Source: Delftia acidovorans NBRC 14950 (lineage in GTDB: Bacteria > Pseudomonadota > Gammaproteobacteria > Burkholderiales > Burkholderiaceae_C). From it: a DNA stretch of 32,000 nt. Below are positions 31,314 through 32,000 of this stretch, one piece after another. The stretch is from the NCBI RefSeq assembly GCF_001598795.1, contig NZ_BCZP01000001.1, forward strand, positions 300,001 to 332,000, read 5' to 3'. The first letter of the stretch is position 1. Every line of letters starts with the position of its first letter. The notes beneath the pieces are model-generated. The model was given only the letters and a program-made list of their open reading frames with translations, did not search any database and was not told the DNA's origin. The position numbers and the translations under genes are program-made.

Positions 31314-32000
31314 TCAGGAGAACCTGCGGATGTCCACGAAGTGGCCGTGGATGGCGGCGGCTGCAGCCATGGCCGGGCTCACCAGGTGGGTGCGTCCGCC
31401 CGCGCCCTGGCGGCCTTCGAAGTTGCGGTTGCTGGTGGAGGCGCAGCGCTCGCCGGGCTCCAGGCGGTCGGCATTCATGGCCAGGCACATGGAGCAGCCG
31501 GGCTCGCGCCATTCAAAGCCTGCCGCCTTGAAGATCTGGTCCAGGCCTTCGCGCTCGGCCTGTTCCTTGACCAGTCCGGAGCCGGGCACGACCATGGCCA
31601 GCTTGATGTTGCGCGCCACCTTCTGGCCCAGCTTCTTGACCACGGCGGCGGCCTCGCGCATGTCTTCGATGCGGCTGTTGGTGCACGAGCCGATGAAGAC
31701 CTTGTCCACGAAGATGTCGTCGATCGCCTTGCCGGGCTCCAGCGCCATGTAGGTCAGCGCGCGTTCGATGGCGCCGCGCTTGCTGGCATCCTTTTCCTTG
31801 TCGGGGTCCGGCACGCGGGCATCCACGCCCAGCACCATCTCGGGCGAGGTGCCCCAGGTGACCTGCGGCACGATCTCGCTGGCCTGCAGTTCGACCACGC
31901 GGTCGAACTTCGCATCGGCATCGGAGTGCAGCGTCTTCCAGTAGGAGACGGCGGCATCCCATTCGGCGCCAGTGGGGGCCAGCGGGCGGCCCTTGACGTA
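31314..32000 (-). CDS. leuC: 3-isopropylmalate dehydratase large subunit; C-terminal part, 5' end outside the window
   Basis: ...[15 protein letters not shown]..., CSMCLAMN and [13 protein letters not shown] aconitase-family Fe-S ligand motifs. The frame stays open to the window end. Confidence 0.95.
   Translation of the reverse strand, partial: YVKGRPLAPTGAEWDAAVSYWKTLHSDADAKFDRVVELQASEIVPQVTWGTSPEMVLGVDARVPDPDKEKDASKRGAIERALTYMALEPGKAIDDIFVDKVFIGSCTNSRIEDMREAAAVVKKLGQKVARNIKLAMVVPGSGLVKEQAEREGLDQIFKAAGFEWREPGCSMCLAMNADRLEPGERCASTSNRNFEGRQGAGGRTHLVSPAMAAAAAIHGHFVDIRRFS

Overview
GC-rich chromosomal core region with strong GC3 bias. Gene content and order fit a betaproteobacterium (Burkholderiales, probably Comamonadaceae), though that placement is inferred from synteny and protein sequence, not searched. 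I count 34 confident protein genes plus one unproven 39-aa candidate, in three blocks. (1) Plus-strand block: mucD(partial)-lepA-lepB-DUF4845-rnc-era-recO-pdxJ-acpS, then nagZ, pfk, a CSD/DUF1294 membrane protein, an HD-like hydrolase and purT. (2) Minus-strand group: MscS-like channel, orphan REC-GGDEF response regulator, an unrecognised two-TM protein, lysS and a LON-N-domain protein, followed by plus-strand yggT. (3) Minus-strand block: leuC(partial)-entericidin-like lipoprotein-leuD-leuB-asd-fimV-truA-trpF-trpB-trpA-accD. I found no rRNA or tRNA genes, CRISPR arrays, transposases, integrases, phage genes or recognisable defence genes. I do not see a convincing novel multi-gene system. The parts worth a second look are small or non-coding. 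These are a promoter-hairpin-terminator unit 50 nt upstream of lepA, a short ORF ending in a Thr/Ile run (ITSTTITTI) upstream of asd, and a 41-aa entericidin-like gene inside the leu operon that the ORF track missed. Others are an uncharacterised two-TM protein whose promoter-like signal lies in the lysS terminator, a GC-clamp/T-tract array before lysS, and a structured AT-rich spacer between asd and fimV. All functional readings of these are inference. The many long ORFs antisense to real genes are high-GC shadow ORFs.
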